Assembly: GCA_964552535.1 (NCBI GenBank)
Contig: CAZKHE010000001.1
Coordinates: 27,976 to 91,975 of the forward strand
Direction of reading: 5' to 3'
Length of the DNA: 64,000 bases
Source: an uncultured Enterobacteriaceae bacterium
GTDB lineage: Bacteria > Pseudomonadota > Gammaproteobacteria > Burkholderiales > SG8-39
Part shown: piece after piece, positions 15,122 to 25,268 of the stretch
How positions within the stretch are numbered: position 1 is the stretch's first letter
Layout of the letters: every line of letters begins with the position of its first letter
Notes under the pieces: generated by a model
Seen by the model: the letters and a program-made list of their open reading frames with translations, nothing else
What the model was told of the DNA's origin: nothing
Databases searched by the model: none
Program-made: the position numbers and the translations under genes

Positions 15122-16891
15122 ATGCCGCAGGCCCGCCCGCGCAAGACGACCGTCCGGAAAGCAACCGTCCGGAAAGCGACCGTCCGGACAACCGCCGTCC
15201 GTTCCAAGGTGAGCAGGCGCGGCGCGCCGGCCGCCGCGGCCGCGAAGGCGCGCAGGGCCGCCGTCCTGGCGAAATCGAAGTGGGCCGGCCTCGCCCCCGG
15301 CCCGCAGAACTACACGCCGCTCTCGCCGGTGGTGTTCCTGCGCCGCACGGCGGAGATCTATCCGGATCGCGTGGCGGTCATCCATGGCGACCGGCGGATC
15401 ACCTATGCGCAGCTCCAGGAGCGCGCGACGCGGCTCGCCTCCGCGCTCGCGCGCCGCGGCGTGAAGCGCGGCGACGTGGTGTCGGCGATGCTGCCCAACG
15501 TGCCGGCGATGATCGACGCGCACTACGGCGTGCCCATGCTCGGCGCCGTGCTGAACACGATCAACACCCGGCTCGATGCCGACACCGTCGCGTACATCCT
15601 CGAGCACGGCGAGGCGAAGGTCCTGATCACGGACCCGCAGTTCGCGGGCGTGGTCGGTCCGGCGCTGAAGAAGCTGCGCCGCAAGGTGTACGTGATCGAC
15701 GTCGCGGACGCGCTCTACACGGGGCCGGACGAACGCCTCGGCGCCATCGAGTACGAGGACTTCCTCGCCGCCGGCGACCCGGACTTCAAGTGGTCGCTGC
15801 CCGCGAACGAGTACGACCCGATCGCGCTCAACTACACCTCGGGCACCACCGGGCGGCCGAAAGGCGTCGTGTACCACCACCGCGGGACGTTCATCGAGGC
15901 GATGGGCCACATCGCGGCGTGGCCGGTGCCGATGCATCCGGTGTATCTCTGGACGCTCCCGCTCTTCCACTGCAACGGCTGGGCGTTCGCCTGGACCACC
16001 GTGGCGATGGCCGGCACGCAGGTGTGCCTGCGCGCCGTCGATCCGGCACTGATCTTTCCGCTGATCGTCGAGCACGGCGTGACCCACATGTGCGGCGCGC
16101 CGACCGTGCTCACCATGCTCACCGGCGCGCCCGAGTCGCAGCGGCGCAGCTTCCCGCAGACGGTGCACATCCAGACCGGCGGATCGCCGCCGCCGGCGAA
16201 GGTGATCCAGGCGATGGAGATGCTGGGCTTCAAGGTCATGCACATCTACGGCATGACCGAGCTGCAGGGGCCCTCGACGCTCGCCGCGCCCCAGCCGCAC
16301 TGGGCCGACCTGCCGCTCGAGGAACGCGCGAACCTCATGGCGCGCCAGGGGGTGCGCTATCAGGTGGTGGAGGGCCACATCGTCGGCGACCCGCGCACCT
16401 GCAAGCCGGTCCCGCAGGACGGCCAGACCATCGGCGAGATCCTCATCCAGGGCAACACCGTGATGCTCGGGTACCTCAAGGACGAGGCGGCGACGAAGGA
16501 GGCCTTCCACGGCGGGTGGATGCACACCGGCGACCTGGCGGTCTGGCACCCCGGCGGCTACATCGAGATCAAGGACCGCAAGAAGGACATCATCATCTCC
16601 GGCGGCGAGAACATCTCCAGCGTCGAGGTGGAGATCGCGCTCTACAAGCACCCGGCGACGCAACTCGCCGCCGTGGTCGCGCGGCCCGATGCGAAGTGGG
16701 GCGAGACACCGTGCGCGTTCGTGCAGCTCAAGCCCGGTGCGACGGCGACGGAGGCCGACTACATCGCGTGGTGCCGCGAGCACCTCGCCCGCTACAAGGT
16801 GCCGCGCACGGTCGTTTTCTGCCAGATCCCGACGACCGCGACGGGGAAGATCCAGAAGTTCGTGCTGCGGGAGACCGCGAAGACGCTGTAG
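15122..16891 (+). CDS. Acyl-CoA synthetase (AMP-forming, medium-chain type) with a basic repeat N-terminal extension
   Basis: ATG at 15122 with SD ggagaacgagg. AMP-binding motif YTSGTTGRPKGV. Also GWMHTGDL, DRKKDIIISGGENISS and a C-terminal GKIQKF. Confidence 0.85.
   Translation: MPQARPRKTTVRKATVRKATVRTTAVRSKVSRRGAPAAAAAKARRAAVLAKSKWAGLAPGPQNYTPLSPVVFLRRTAEIYPDRVAVIHGDRRITYAQLQERATRLASALARRGVKRGDVVSAMLPNVPAMIDAHYGVPMLGAVLNTINTRLDADTVAYILEHGEAKVLITDPQFAGVVGPALKKLRRKVYVIDVADALYTGPDERLGAIEYEDFLAAGDPDFKWSLPANEYDPIALNYTSGTTGRPKGVVYHHRGTFIEAMGHIAAWPVPMHPVYLWTLPLFHCNGWAFAWTTVAMAGTQVCLRAVDPALIFPLIVEHGVTHMCGAPTVLTMLTGAPESQRRSFPQTVHIQTGGSPPPAKVIQAMEMLGFKVMHIYGMTELQGPSTLAAPQPHWADLPLEERANLMARQGVRYQVVEGHIVGDPRTCKPVPQDGQTIGEILIQGNTVMLGYLKDEAATKEAFHGGWMHTGDLAVWHPGGYIEIKDRKKDIIISGGENISSVEVEIALYKHPATQLAAVVARPDAKWGETPCAFVQLKPGATATEADYIAWCREHLARYKVPRTVVFCQIPTTATGKIQKFVLRETAKTL
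15148..15207 (+). repeat. Four tandem, progressively degenerate 15-bp coding repeats (gaccgtccggaaagc units)
   Basis: 15148-15162 gaccgtccggaaagc; 15163-15177 aaccgtccggaaagc; 15178-15192 gaccgtccggacaac; 15193-15207 cgccgtccgttccaa. They encode TVRKA TVRKA TVRTT AVRSK. Confidence 0.8.
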
Positions 16892-16904
16892 CGCGGTCCG
16901 GCGC

Positions 16905-17120
16905 TCAGTAGAACACCTGCCCCACGTAGATCAGCAGCGCGCCGAACCCGGCGAAGGCGGCGAAGGGCAGCAGCCACACGAGCGCGCGCAGAACGGATGC
17001 CCGCGCGGGATCCTCGCGCACCTTCGCGATGGTGACGCGCACGAAGATCAGCCCGATCACGATGAACACCCAGCCGATCATGCCGAGCCAGAAGCCTTCG
17101 TCGAGCGCGCGCAGGTCCAC
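16905..17120 (-). CDS. Small two-TM membrane protein
   Basis: 71 aa, GTG start, two hydrophobic helices. It is tightly packed between the flanking genes. Confidence 0.4.
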   Translation of the reverse strand: MDLRALDEGFWLGMIGWVFIVIGLIFVRVTIAKVREDPARASVLRALVWLLPFAAFAGFGALLIYVGQVFY

Positions 17121-17135
17121 GGCGGGTCGCGCGCG

Positions 17136-18263
17136 TCAGGGACGCAGGAAGCCATCGCGCAGGCGCTGCAACTCGGCCTGCAGCGCCTGGACCTCGGCGG
17201 CGGAGGGCGGATCGCCGGCGCTGCACCTCGGCACGGCGCGGAACGCGTCCCAGCTGCGCGATCCGTCGGACCGTGAGGCGACATACCGCGCAAGCGTCCC
17301 GTCGTCGAGCCACTGGACCTCGACGGTCTCGCTCCGGTCGCTCGCATCGCCGCCGCAATCCCGCACCGTGTCCGAGCGCTGCGCGGCGACCAGCTTGCCG
17401 TCGCCGAAAAGTGCGTCGTAAGCCCGCGCGCGTCTACAGGCACCCGGGCCCGCCTGCTCCGCGTAGATCGAGAGCCGCTGCACCACGGCGCCGGCCACGT
17501 CGCGCTGAAGGAGGTGGTTGCGCGACAACGTCCAGCCGGCGAGCGGGTCGGGCAGCGGCTCGCGCAGGCGGAAGCTGCGCTGGCCGGCGATCGCTCGCGT
17601 CGGCGGATCGCTGCTCGCATCGGAGGCCATGGTCTGGAAGAGCCCGGCCAGGCGGTGCCGCGGGCGGAACAGGTATCGGCCTTCGCCGAGCGCGCGGATG
17701 TCCGGATGACACTCGAACGTCGCGATCCGCATGGACCCTTGCGCATCGCTCCAGCGGAGCCGCAGCCGCCAGCCGAGGTCGAAGGCGCCGTAGCTCGCGA
17801 AGGCGGCACTCTCGTGCGCGCCGGAGTCCGGCACCGGATCGACGAGCCGCACGCGCAGGTCCGGCTGCGGACGGCCGGGGCCGGACGGCATCGGCACCAG
17901 CAGTTCGAGCGCGACGAGCCGATAGGACGCGTGTGCGGGATGGTCGCCGGGGACGCGGAAACGCATCACGCGGCCCTGCCGTTCGATCTCCGCGCCCTGC
18001 AGCGTGCGCGTCTGCCCGATCTCGAACAGCCGGCTGCCGATGGGCATGGTCCGCTCGCGGCGCGCGGTCACGCCGTCGATCAGCCGCGTCGGTCGATACG
18101 ACGCCTCCACGACGAGGCGCGGATCGGCGAGCAGCGCGTCGAGGTCCGCGGGAGCGACGAGCCCGGCCACGTGCTGCACGTCCAGTTCCACCTCGAGCGT
18201 GCGCGCAAGCACCGGTGAGGCGGCGGCGCCCAGCACGATCAGCAGCGCGGCGAGCGCGCGCAT
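17136..18263 (-). CDS. Secreted hypothetical protein (375 aa)
   Basis: Signal peptide MRALAALLIVLGAAASPVLA. Composition is balanced compared with the overlapping Arg-rich frames. No recognised domain. Confidence 0.55.
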   Translation of the reverse strand: MRALAALLIVLGAAASPVLARTLEVELDVQHVAGLVAPADLDALLADPRLVVEASYRPTRLIDGVTARRERTMPIGSRLFEIGQTRTLQGAEIERQGRVMRFRVPGDHPAHASYRLVALELLVPMPSGPGRPQPDLRVRLVDPVPDSGAHESAAFASYGAFDLGWRLRLRWSDAQGSMRIATFECHPDIRALGEGRYLFRPRHRLAGLFQTMASDASSDPPTRAIAGQRSFRLREPLPDPLAGWTLSRNHLLQRDVAGAVVQRLSIYAEQAGPGACRRARAYDALFGDGKLVAAQRSDTVRDCGGDASDRSETVEVQWLDDGTLARYVASRSDGSRSWDAFRAVPRCSAGDPPSAAEVQALQAELQRLRDGFLRP

Positions 18264-18350
18264 CGGAGCGGTCCAATCATGCGCGGAATACTAGCGGCAG
18301 GATCGCGCCCGTGCAGAACCCGATCCACGCAGCGAGGCCGCCGCGCCCGA

Positions 18351-19274
18351 TCAACGCACCTGCAGCACCAGCTTCCCGCGCAGATGCCGGGCGTCGCTGA
18401 CCGCGTGCGCCGCACGCGCCTCGGGGAGGGGATAGGAGGTGATTTCGGGGAGGCGGATCGCGCCGTCGCGCACCAGCGCGACCAGCCGCTCCAGATGCGC
18501 ACGATCGCGCCCGACCATCGGGCGCAGCGAGCGCACATCCGCGCGAGGCGAAGGCGGCGCGTTGTTGCCCGACGCAATGAACGCCGCCCGTCCGCCGGGC
18601 CGCAGCACGGCGAAGGACCGCTGCGTCACGTCGCCGCCGACCGTGTCGAACACCGCGTCGAGCCCCGCGAGCTTCTGCGTGAAGTCCTCGGTGCGATAGT
18701 CGATCACTTCGTCGGCACCGAGTTGCCGGACGTAGTCGTGGTTCGGCGCGCTCGCGGTCGTGATCACCCGCGCGCCGAGGTGCCGGGCAATCTGGATCGC
18801 GAAGCCCGCCACGCCGCCCGCGCCGCCCTGGATGAGAACGCGCTCGCCCGGCGCGAGCGCGAGCGTGTCCTCGATCGAGATCAGCGCGGTGAGACCCGCC
18901 AGCGCCAGCGCCGCGCACTGCGCATGCGAGAGCTCGTCCGGCTTGCGCGCGACGATCGCGGCCTTGATCGCAAGCCGTTCCGCGTACGCGCCTTCCTGGC
19001 CGCGATCGCAGACGCCAAAGACGGCGTCCCCGACCTGCAGGCCCGTCACCCCATCGCCGAGCGCAGCCACCACGCCGGAGAAGTCGCGGCCGGGAACGCA
19101 GGGAAGCTGCGACACCGCGCCGTAGCCCCCGGCGCGCAGCTTGGTATCCGCCGCGTTGACGCTTGCCGCGTGCACGTCCACCAGCAGTTCGCCGCGGCCG
19201 GGCTGCGGATCGGACACATCGCCGTACTGGAGCACCTCGGGACCGCCGTGGCGCATGAAGAAGATTGCTTTCAC
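18351..19274 (-). CDS. NADPH:quinone oxidoreductase / zinc-type alcohol dehydrogenase superfamily (MDR) protein
   Basis: GTG start at 19274 (VKAIFFMRHGGPEVL). Nucleotide fold GERVLIQGGAGGVAGFAIQIA. C-terminal GKLVLQV, typical of Qor-like proteins. Confidence 0.85.
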   Translation of the reverse strand: MKAIFFMRHGGPEVLQYGDVSDPQPGRGELLVDVHAASVNAADTKLRAGGYGAVSQLPCVPGRDFSGVVAALGDGVTGLQVGDAVFGVCDRGQEGAYAERLAIKAAIVARKPDELSHAQCAALALAGLTALISIEDTLALAPGERVLIQGGAGGVAGFAIQIARHLGARVITTASAPNHDYVRQLGADEVIDYRTEDFTQKLAGLDAVFDTVGGDVTQRSFAVLRPGGRAAFIASGNNAPPSPRADVRSLRPMVGRDRAHLERLVALVRDGAIRLPEITSYPLPEARAAHAVSDARHLRGKLVLQVR

Positions 19275-19382
19275 CCGTTCGTCCTTGCGAGTCGTTCGGG
19301 ACGCAGGATAGCAGCGCTCGCGCGTGCCAAGCGCTTGATCCAGCTTAAGCTGGCGGGCGGGCGCCCGTCCTATCGTGACAAC

Positions 19383-19994
19383 ATGGGGTATTGTCGTTTG
19401 CCGCTGCTGCTCGCCGTGCTGGCTGCGACGCTTGGCGCGTGCGGCTCCGTGGCAGTCGCGCCGCCCGCGGACGAGGGGCCGCTCTTTCAACGCATCGACG
19501 CACGCGTGGGAACGTCGTACGCCTCCGCGGCCCGACTCGCCTACGTGACCAATCCGCTCATGCGGATCGACGTCGGCCAGTCGAGCGTTGCGCACTTCGA
19601 GAAGGCGTTCGGCGCGATGTTCCGGGAGACCGTGGCCCTGCCCGACTGGCCGCCCTGGCGTCACGAGACGCCGCCGGTGGATGGCGTGATCGAGCTGGAG
19701 CGTGGCGATGCCGAACTGGTCCTCGGCGACGACCTGAAGCGCCCCGACGTGGCGAGCGTGACGTATCGCGTATGCCTGTATGCCGCGGCCGGAACGGAAA
19801 TCCGGTGCTGGACCGCGAGCGGACGGAGCAGCCATCAGCGCCGCATCGGCGAGTGCCTTGACCTGCGTGCCTGTTTCGTGCCGCAGATGGAGATGGCGAT
19901 GCGAGAAGCGATCGCGCTGTTCCTGGTGGAAGCGGAGAAGGATGCCGCCGTCCGGCGATGGGCAGCGGGCCTTTCAGGAGAACGCCGGCCGTGA
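19383..19994 (+). CDS. Lipoprotein, function unknown
   Basis: ATG at 19383 inside shadow ORF 18279..19994. Lipobox TLGAC after a hydrophobic leader. Confidence 0.55.
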   Translation: MGYCRLPLLLAVLAATLGACGSVAVAPPADEGPLFQRIDARVGTSYASAARLAYVTNPLMRIDVGQSSVAHFEKAFGAMFRETVALPDWPPWRHETPPVDGVIELERGDAELVLGDDLKRPDVASVTYRVCLYAAAGTEIRCWTASGRSSHQRRIGECLDLRACFVPQMEMAMREAIALFLVEAEKDAAVRRWAAGLSGERRP

Positions 19995-20647
19995 GCGCAT
20001 GGAGGCGCATCCTCGCGCGGCTCGCGCTCGCGGTCGCAGGGCTGTTGGCGGCGCCTGCGCATGCGCAGTCCTCCGTCACGGTGGGCATCCTGGGCTGGCC
20101 GCTGGACCCAAGCGACACGCTGCATGCGCTGGTGAACGACGTCGAGCAGTGCCTCACGGCGCGCATCACCCAAACGGCGCCGGAAGTGCGCCTCCTGCCG
20201 CAGCGTGACGTGCGGAATGCGCTTTTCCCGCTGCTGGAACCAGCGACTCAGCCACGCGACGAGGCCGCCTTTGCAAGCATGCTGGCGCGGCCCGACGTGC
20301 GCGCCAGGCTACAGGGGCGCGGCGTGCGCTACCTCGTCGTGTTCGCCGGCGGCACGCGCAAGGCCGGCTGGGAGGGCGGCATTCTCTGCGGCGCCGGCAT
20401 GGGAGGCGGCGGTTGCCTCGGCTTCGCCTGGCAGAGCGAGCACACCATGCTCGACGCGGCACTCTGGTCCATCCACGGCGACGCGCCGCTGAGCAGGCAG
20501 GCGGCGAAGGTGGAAGGCACGTCGGTCATGCCCGCATTCGGCCTGCCGATTCCGATCATGGCGCGGACGCGTTCCGAGGCATGCGAGGAACTCGGCACGC
20601 GCCTCGCGAACGCGATTCGAGCCTCGGCAACCAAGCCGCGCGACTAG
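19991..20647 (+). CDS. Secreted hypothetical protein
   Basis: GTG at 19991 overlaps the upstream stop (GTGA). Signal peptide ...LAVAGLLAAPAHAQ. A Gly/Cys-rich segment GILCGAGMGGGGCLG is present. Confidence 0.5.
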   Translation: MSAWRRILARLALAVAGLLAAPAHAQSSVTVGILGWPLDPSDTLHALVNDVEQCLTARITQTAPEVRLLPQRDVRNALFPLLEPATQPRDEAAFASMLARPDVRARLQGRGVRYLVVFAGGTRKAGWEGGILCGAGMGGGGCLGFAWQSEHTMLDAALWSIHGDAPLSRQAAKVEGTSVMPAFGLPIPIMARTRSEACEELGTRLANAIRASATKPRD

Positions 20648-21210
20648 GGCTGTGCGAGCAGGTCGGTCAGCGTGCGCTCGATGTCCGCCGCGAGGCGCTT
20701 GAGGGCCTCGCTCGTCACGCGGGTGATGAGCTCCTCGCTCGGCCAGACGAACGTGCGGTCGGTCGCCGCGGCCGTCACGGCGCGATCGCGACCACCCACA
20801 CGCAGGACCAGCTCGATCTTCGCGTCGATGTCCCAGTAGATCGGCGTGGACGGCGTGGTGATGTCGAACACGCGGATGCCGCACAGGACGGTCTGCGGCT
20901 CGGTCGATCCGCGACGCGCGGCGACCTCGTCCGCCTTGGCCTGCACGATCGCACGAACGATCTCCGGCGCCGGCGGCTGCAGATCGATCTTCCCGAGCGA
21001 TGCCCCGAGCGCCGTCCGTTCCATCGCGGCTTCCCTGCGGATGTCGGTGACTTCGACTTTCACACGCCCCGGCACCGACGCGGCGGCGGGGCCGACGATC
21101 TGCGCGGCGTCGATCCTGATCGGAAGGCCTTCCGGGGGTGCGGTCGAGCAGCCGGCCACGAGGGCCGCGAGCAGGGCGATGACGAAGCGGCCGGCGGGTC
21201 GAGCGAGCAT
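20644..21210 (-). CDS. Lipoprotein (YajG-like guess)
   Basis: Lipobox LVAGC. 188 aa. The beta-rich body resembles the size and layout of the YajG family. Confidence 0.5.
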   Translation of the reverse strand: MLARPAGRFVIALLAALVAGCSTAPPEGLPIRIDAAQIVGPAAASVPGRVKVEVTDIRREAAMERTALGASLGKIDLQPPAPEIVRAIVQAKADEVAARRGSTEPQTVLCGIRVFDITTPSTPIYWDIDAKIELVLRVGGRDRAVTAAATDRTFVWPSEELITRVTSEALKRLAADIERTLTDLLAQP

Positions 21211-21274
21211 GTCGCGACGTAATGGCCAATCGAAAGGAAATCACACATCGGGAAGCATAACGCGGCGTGCGGCC

Positions 21275-22207
21275 TCAGTTCCTGCGGGCGTCAGCCTCCC
21301 AGGTCTCGCCTCCCACTCTCGAAACGAAGAACGAGATCCGGTCACCGGTGATGCGCCCCTCGTACTGATCAATCACGTCCACCCGGGTCTCCGGGTGGCC
21401 GGCCAGCGTCAGCATTGATCGCTTCGTCTTGAACGACACGCGGTCACCCTTGACGCGGCCATCGTAGATCGAGGACTGCCGCCTCAGCCAGTTGTCCATG
21501 ACCAAGTGCGGCGGGTAGTCGACTTCGGTTTCTCCCACGATCGTGTCATCGATCTGGTTGAGCCGGATGACGGTCCGGAAGGTCTTCGGACCCTCCTCGA
21601 TCAACCAGGTGCCGCTCACGACCGCTTGCACTGGTTTCGCTGCATCGACTTTGGGTCTAGCGTCCGGGCGTTGCTGCGAAACGTAGACAGAGGCGATCAC
21701 GACGACCAGCGCCGCAGTCAGTCCCGCGAGCACGGCGCCGATGCCTCGCGCTCCGCGGTCGGATCGAGCCATGTTGGAAGGCGCTGCGGTCCGGGTGGCG
21801 TCGTTCGACCCGCGGTCCATATCGACGAGGGCCTGGATGGCCGCGAACAGCGCCTGACACCCCGGATGTGCGGGATCGCCGTTCCAGTTCATCAGCGATG
21901 CTGCCTGAATGCGCCGGAACTCGAGGGGGAGCTTCACCTCTTCGAGCAAGGCCGGCGCGAGGATACCCCGTTCCGCGCCTGCGCCGGCTTCGTTCCGGAC
22001 CCACGCGGAGGAGACCGAGTGCCGCGACCAGAGAACGACCACGCATCTAGCGTCATCGATCGCTTGTTCGATCTCCCGATCGAACGATTGCCCGACGTGA
22101 ACTCGGCGATCCCACCAGACCGACCACCCGTGCTGCTCCAGCACGCGCGCAAGCGCGTCCGCAACCGCTACGTCCTCGCGCGCGTAGCTGATGAAGATGT
22201 CCGCCAC
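21275..22207 (-). CDS. TIR-domain protein with single TM helix and C-terminal extracytoplasmic beta-rich domain
   Basis: N-terminal bacterial TIR hallmarks: DIFISYAREDVAVA, VWWDRR, CVVVLWSRHSVSSAWVRNEAG (conserved Glu codon at 21989-21991). TM segment GIGAVLAGLTAALVVVIASVYV. The C-terminal domain has an internal duplicated motif Y(D/E)GR(V/I)xGDR(V/I)SF. GTG start. Confidence 0.8.
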   Translation of the reverse strand: MADIFISYAREDVAVADALARVLEQHGWSVWWDRRVHVGQSFDREIEQAIDDARCVVVLWSRHSVSSAWVRNEAGAGAERGILAPALLEEVKLPLEFRRIQAASLMNWNGDPAHPGCQALFAAIQALVDMDRGSNDATRTAAPSNMARSDRGARGIGAVLAGLTAALVVVIASVYVSQQRPDARPKVDAAKPVQAVVSGTWLIEEGPKTFRTVIRLNQIDDTIVGETEVDYPPHLVMDNWLRRQSSIYDGRVKGDRVSFKTKRSMLTLAGHPETRVDVIDQYEGRITGDRISFFVSRVGGETWEADARRN

Positions 22208-22467
22208 GTCCCGTCGCTCCGTCGTCGCCCGGGAGACCCCTGCTCGGGCCCTAGCGTAACTCGGCGCGCCGAGGAACGCAGGACGCGCGCCGAAGATCGG
22301 AATGTGTGTTAGCCTCCCGCTCGCATGATTCTCAAGCAGTGAGCAGTCCCTACCTTCTCCGCCGCAACCCGGCGGCGCCTGCAGTGACCGTCCTTCCTAC
22401 TTGATCATCCCGCCCGTCTGCGCGCCTCGGTCAGGCCGCACCATCGCAATCGAGCAAGGAACGACGA

Positions 22468-22671
22468 ATGTCTACAGGTACCGTGAAGTGGTTCAACGAC
22501 GACAAGGGCTTCGGATTCATCACGCCGGATGACGGCGGCAAGGATCTCTTCGCCCACCACACCGCCATCCAGATGGACGGTTTCAAGTCGCTGAAGGAAG
22601 CGCAGAAGGTCAGCTTCGATGTCGTGCAGGGCGCCAAGGGACCGGCGGCCGCGAACATCCGGGCGATCTGA
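22468..22671 (+). CDS. cspA: Cold-shock protein (CspA family)
   Basis: 67 aa with RNP1 KGFGFI and an RNP2-like motif DLFAHH. A long (~250 nt) upstream leader is typical of csp genes. Confidence 0.95.
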   Translation: MSTGTVKWFNDDKGFGFITPDDGGKDLFAHHTAIQMDGFKSLKEAQKVSFDVVQGAKGPAAANIRAI

Positions 22672-22703
22672 AGCCCCGCGCGGCGCACGCCGCGCCCGCA
22701 ACG

Positions 22704-22729
22704 AAAAAGCCCGGTCTCCCGGGCTTTTT
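22704..22729. terminator. Bidirectional rho-independent terminator between cspA and katG
   Basis: aaaaa-gcccgg-tctc-ccgggc-ttttt: a GC stem flanked by an A-run and a T-run, so it can serve both convergent genes. Confidence 0.75.
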
Positions 22730-22753
22730 CATTTTCGGCGCACGCTGTCGCGG

Positions 22754-24964
<2,211 letters not shown>

Positions 24965-25035
24965 TCAAAGAAACGCCGGAGACCGCAGTCTCCGGGCCTT
25001 GGACGCGCCCATCCAACGCGTTGTTCCGAAGAGCG

Positions 25036-25054
25036 CAATCGATTTTCTCGATTG
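25036..25054. promoter_or_regulatory. 7-5-7 inverted repeat (candidate metalloregulator/peroxide-regulator operator) in the katG / TonB-receptor divergent region
   Basis: caatcga-ttttc-tcgattg is a perfect 19-bp palindromic unit and is A/T-rich against a GC-rich background. Confidence 0.3.
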
Positions 25055-25268
25055 TGGAGCGTAAGGATGTCGTTTCCTCGAGCGCCGCCCCCGACCGGCG
25101 GGGGCACGTGCACCCGACCAGTTGAAACGCGAACGATTCTCAATTACTCTCCCACTGCATTCTGATCGACGCCCGCCCGGGCGGTGCGTCGGTCCGCCCG
25201 GATAGCCAGCCGTCGCCCTCGCGGGTCTCGCCAGCCAATCCCCGACGATCACATCCAGGGAGAGGTTG

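Noticed and set aside
22261-22293. The 9-bp inverted repeat tcggcgcgc...gcgcgccga in the TIR/cspA divergent region was considered as a possible terminator or operator.
   Set aside because: It is a GC-only stem with a 15-nt loop and no T-run, which is expected by chance at this GC content. It lies between divergent promoters where a terminator makes no sense.
25131-25150. The Fur-box-like A/T-rich stretch gaacgattctcaattactct upstream of the TonB-dependent receptor.
   Set aside because: It has only loose resemblance to the Fur consensus and no dyad symmetry. It is too weak to call without a genome-wide motif model.
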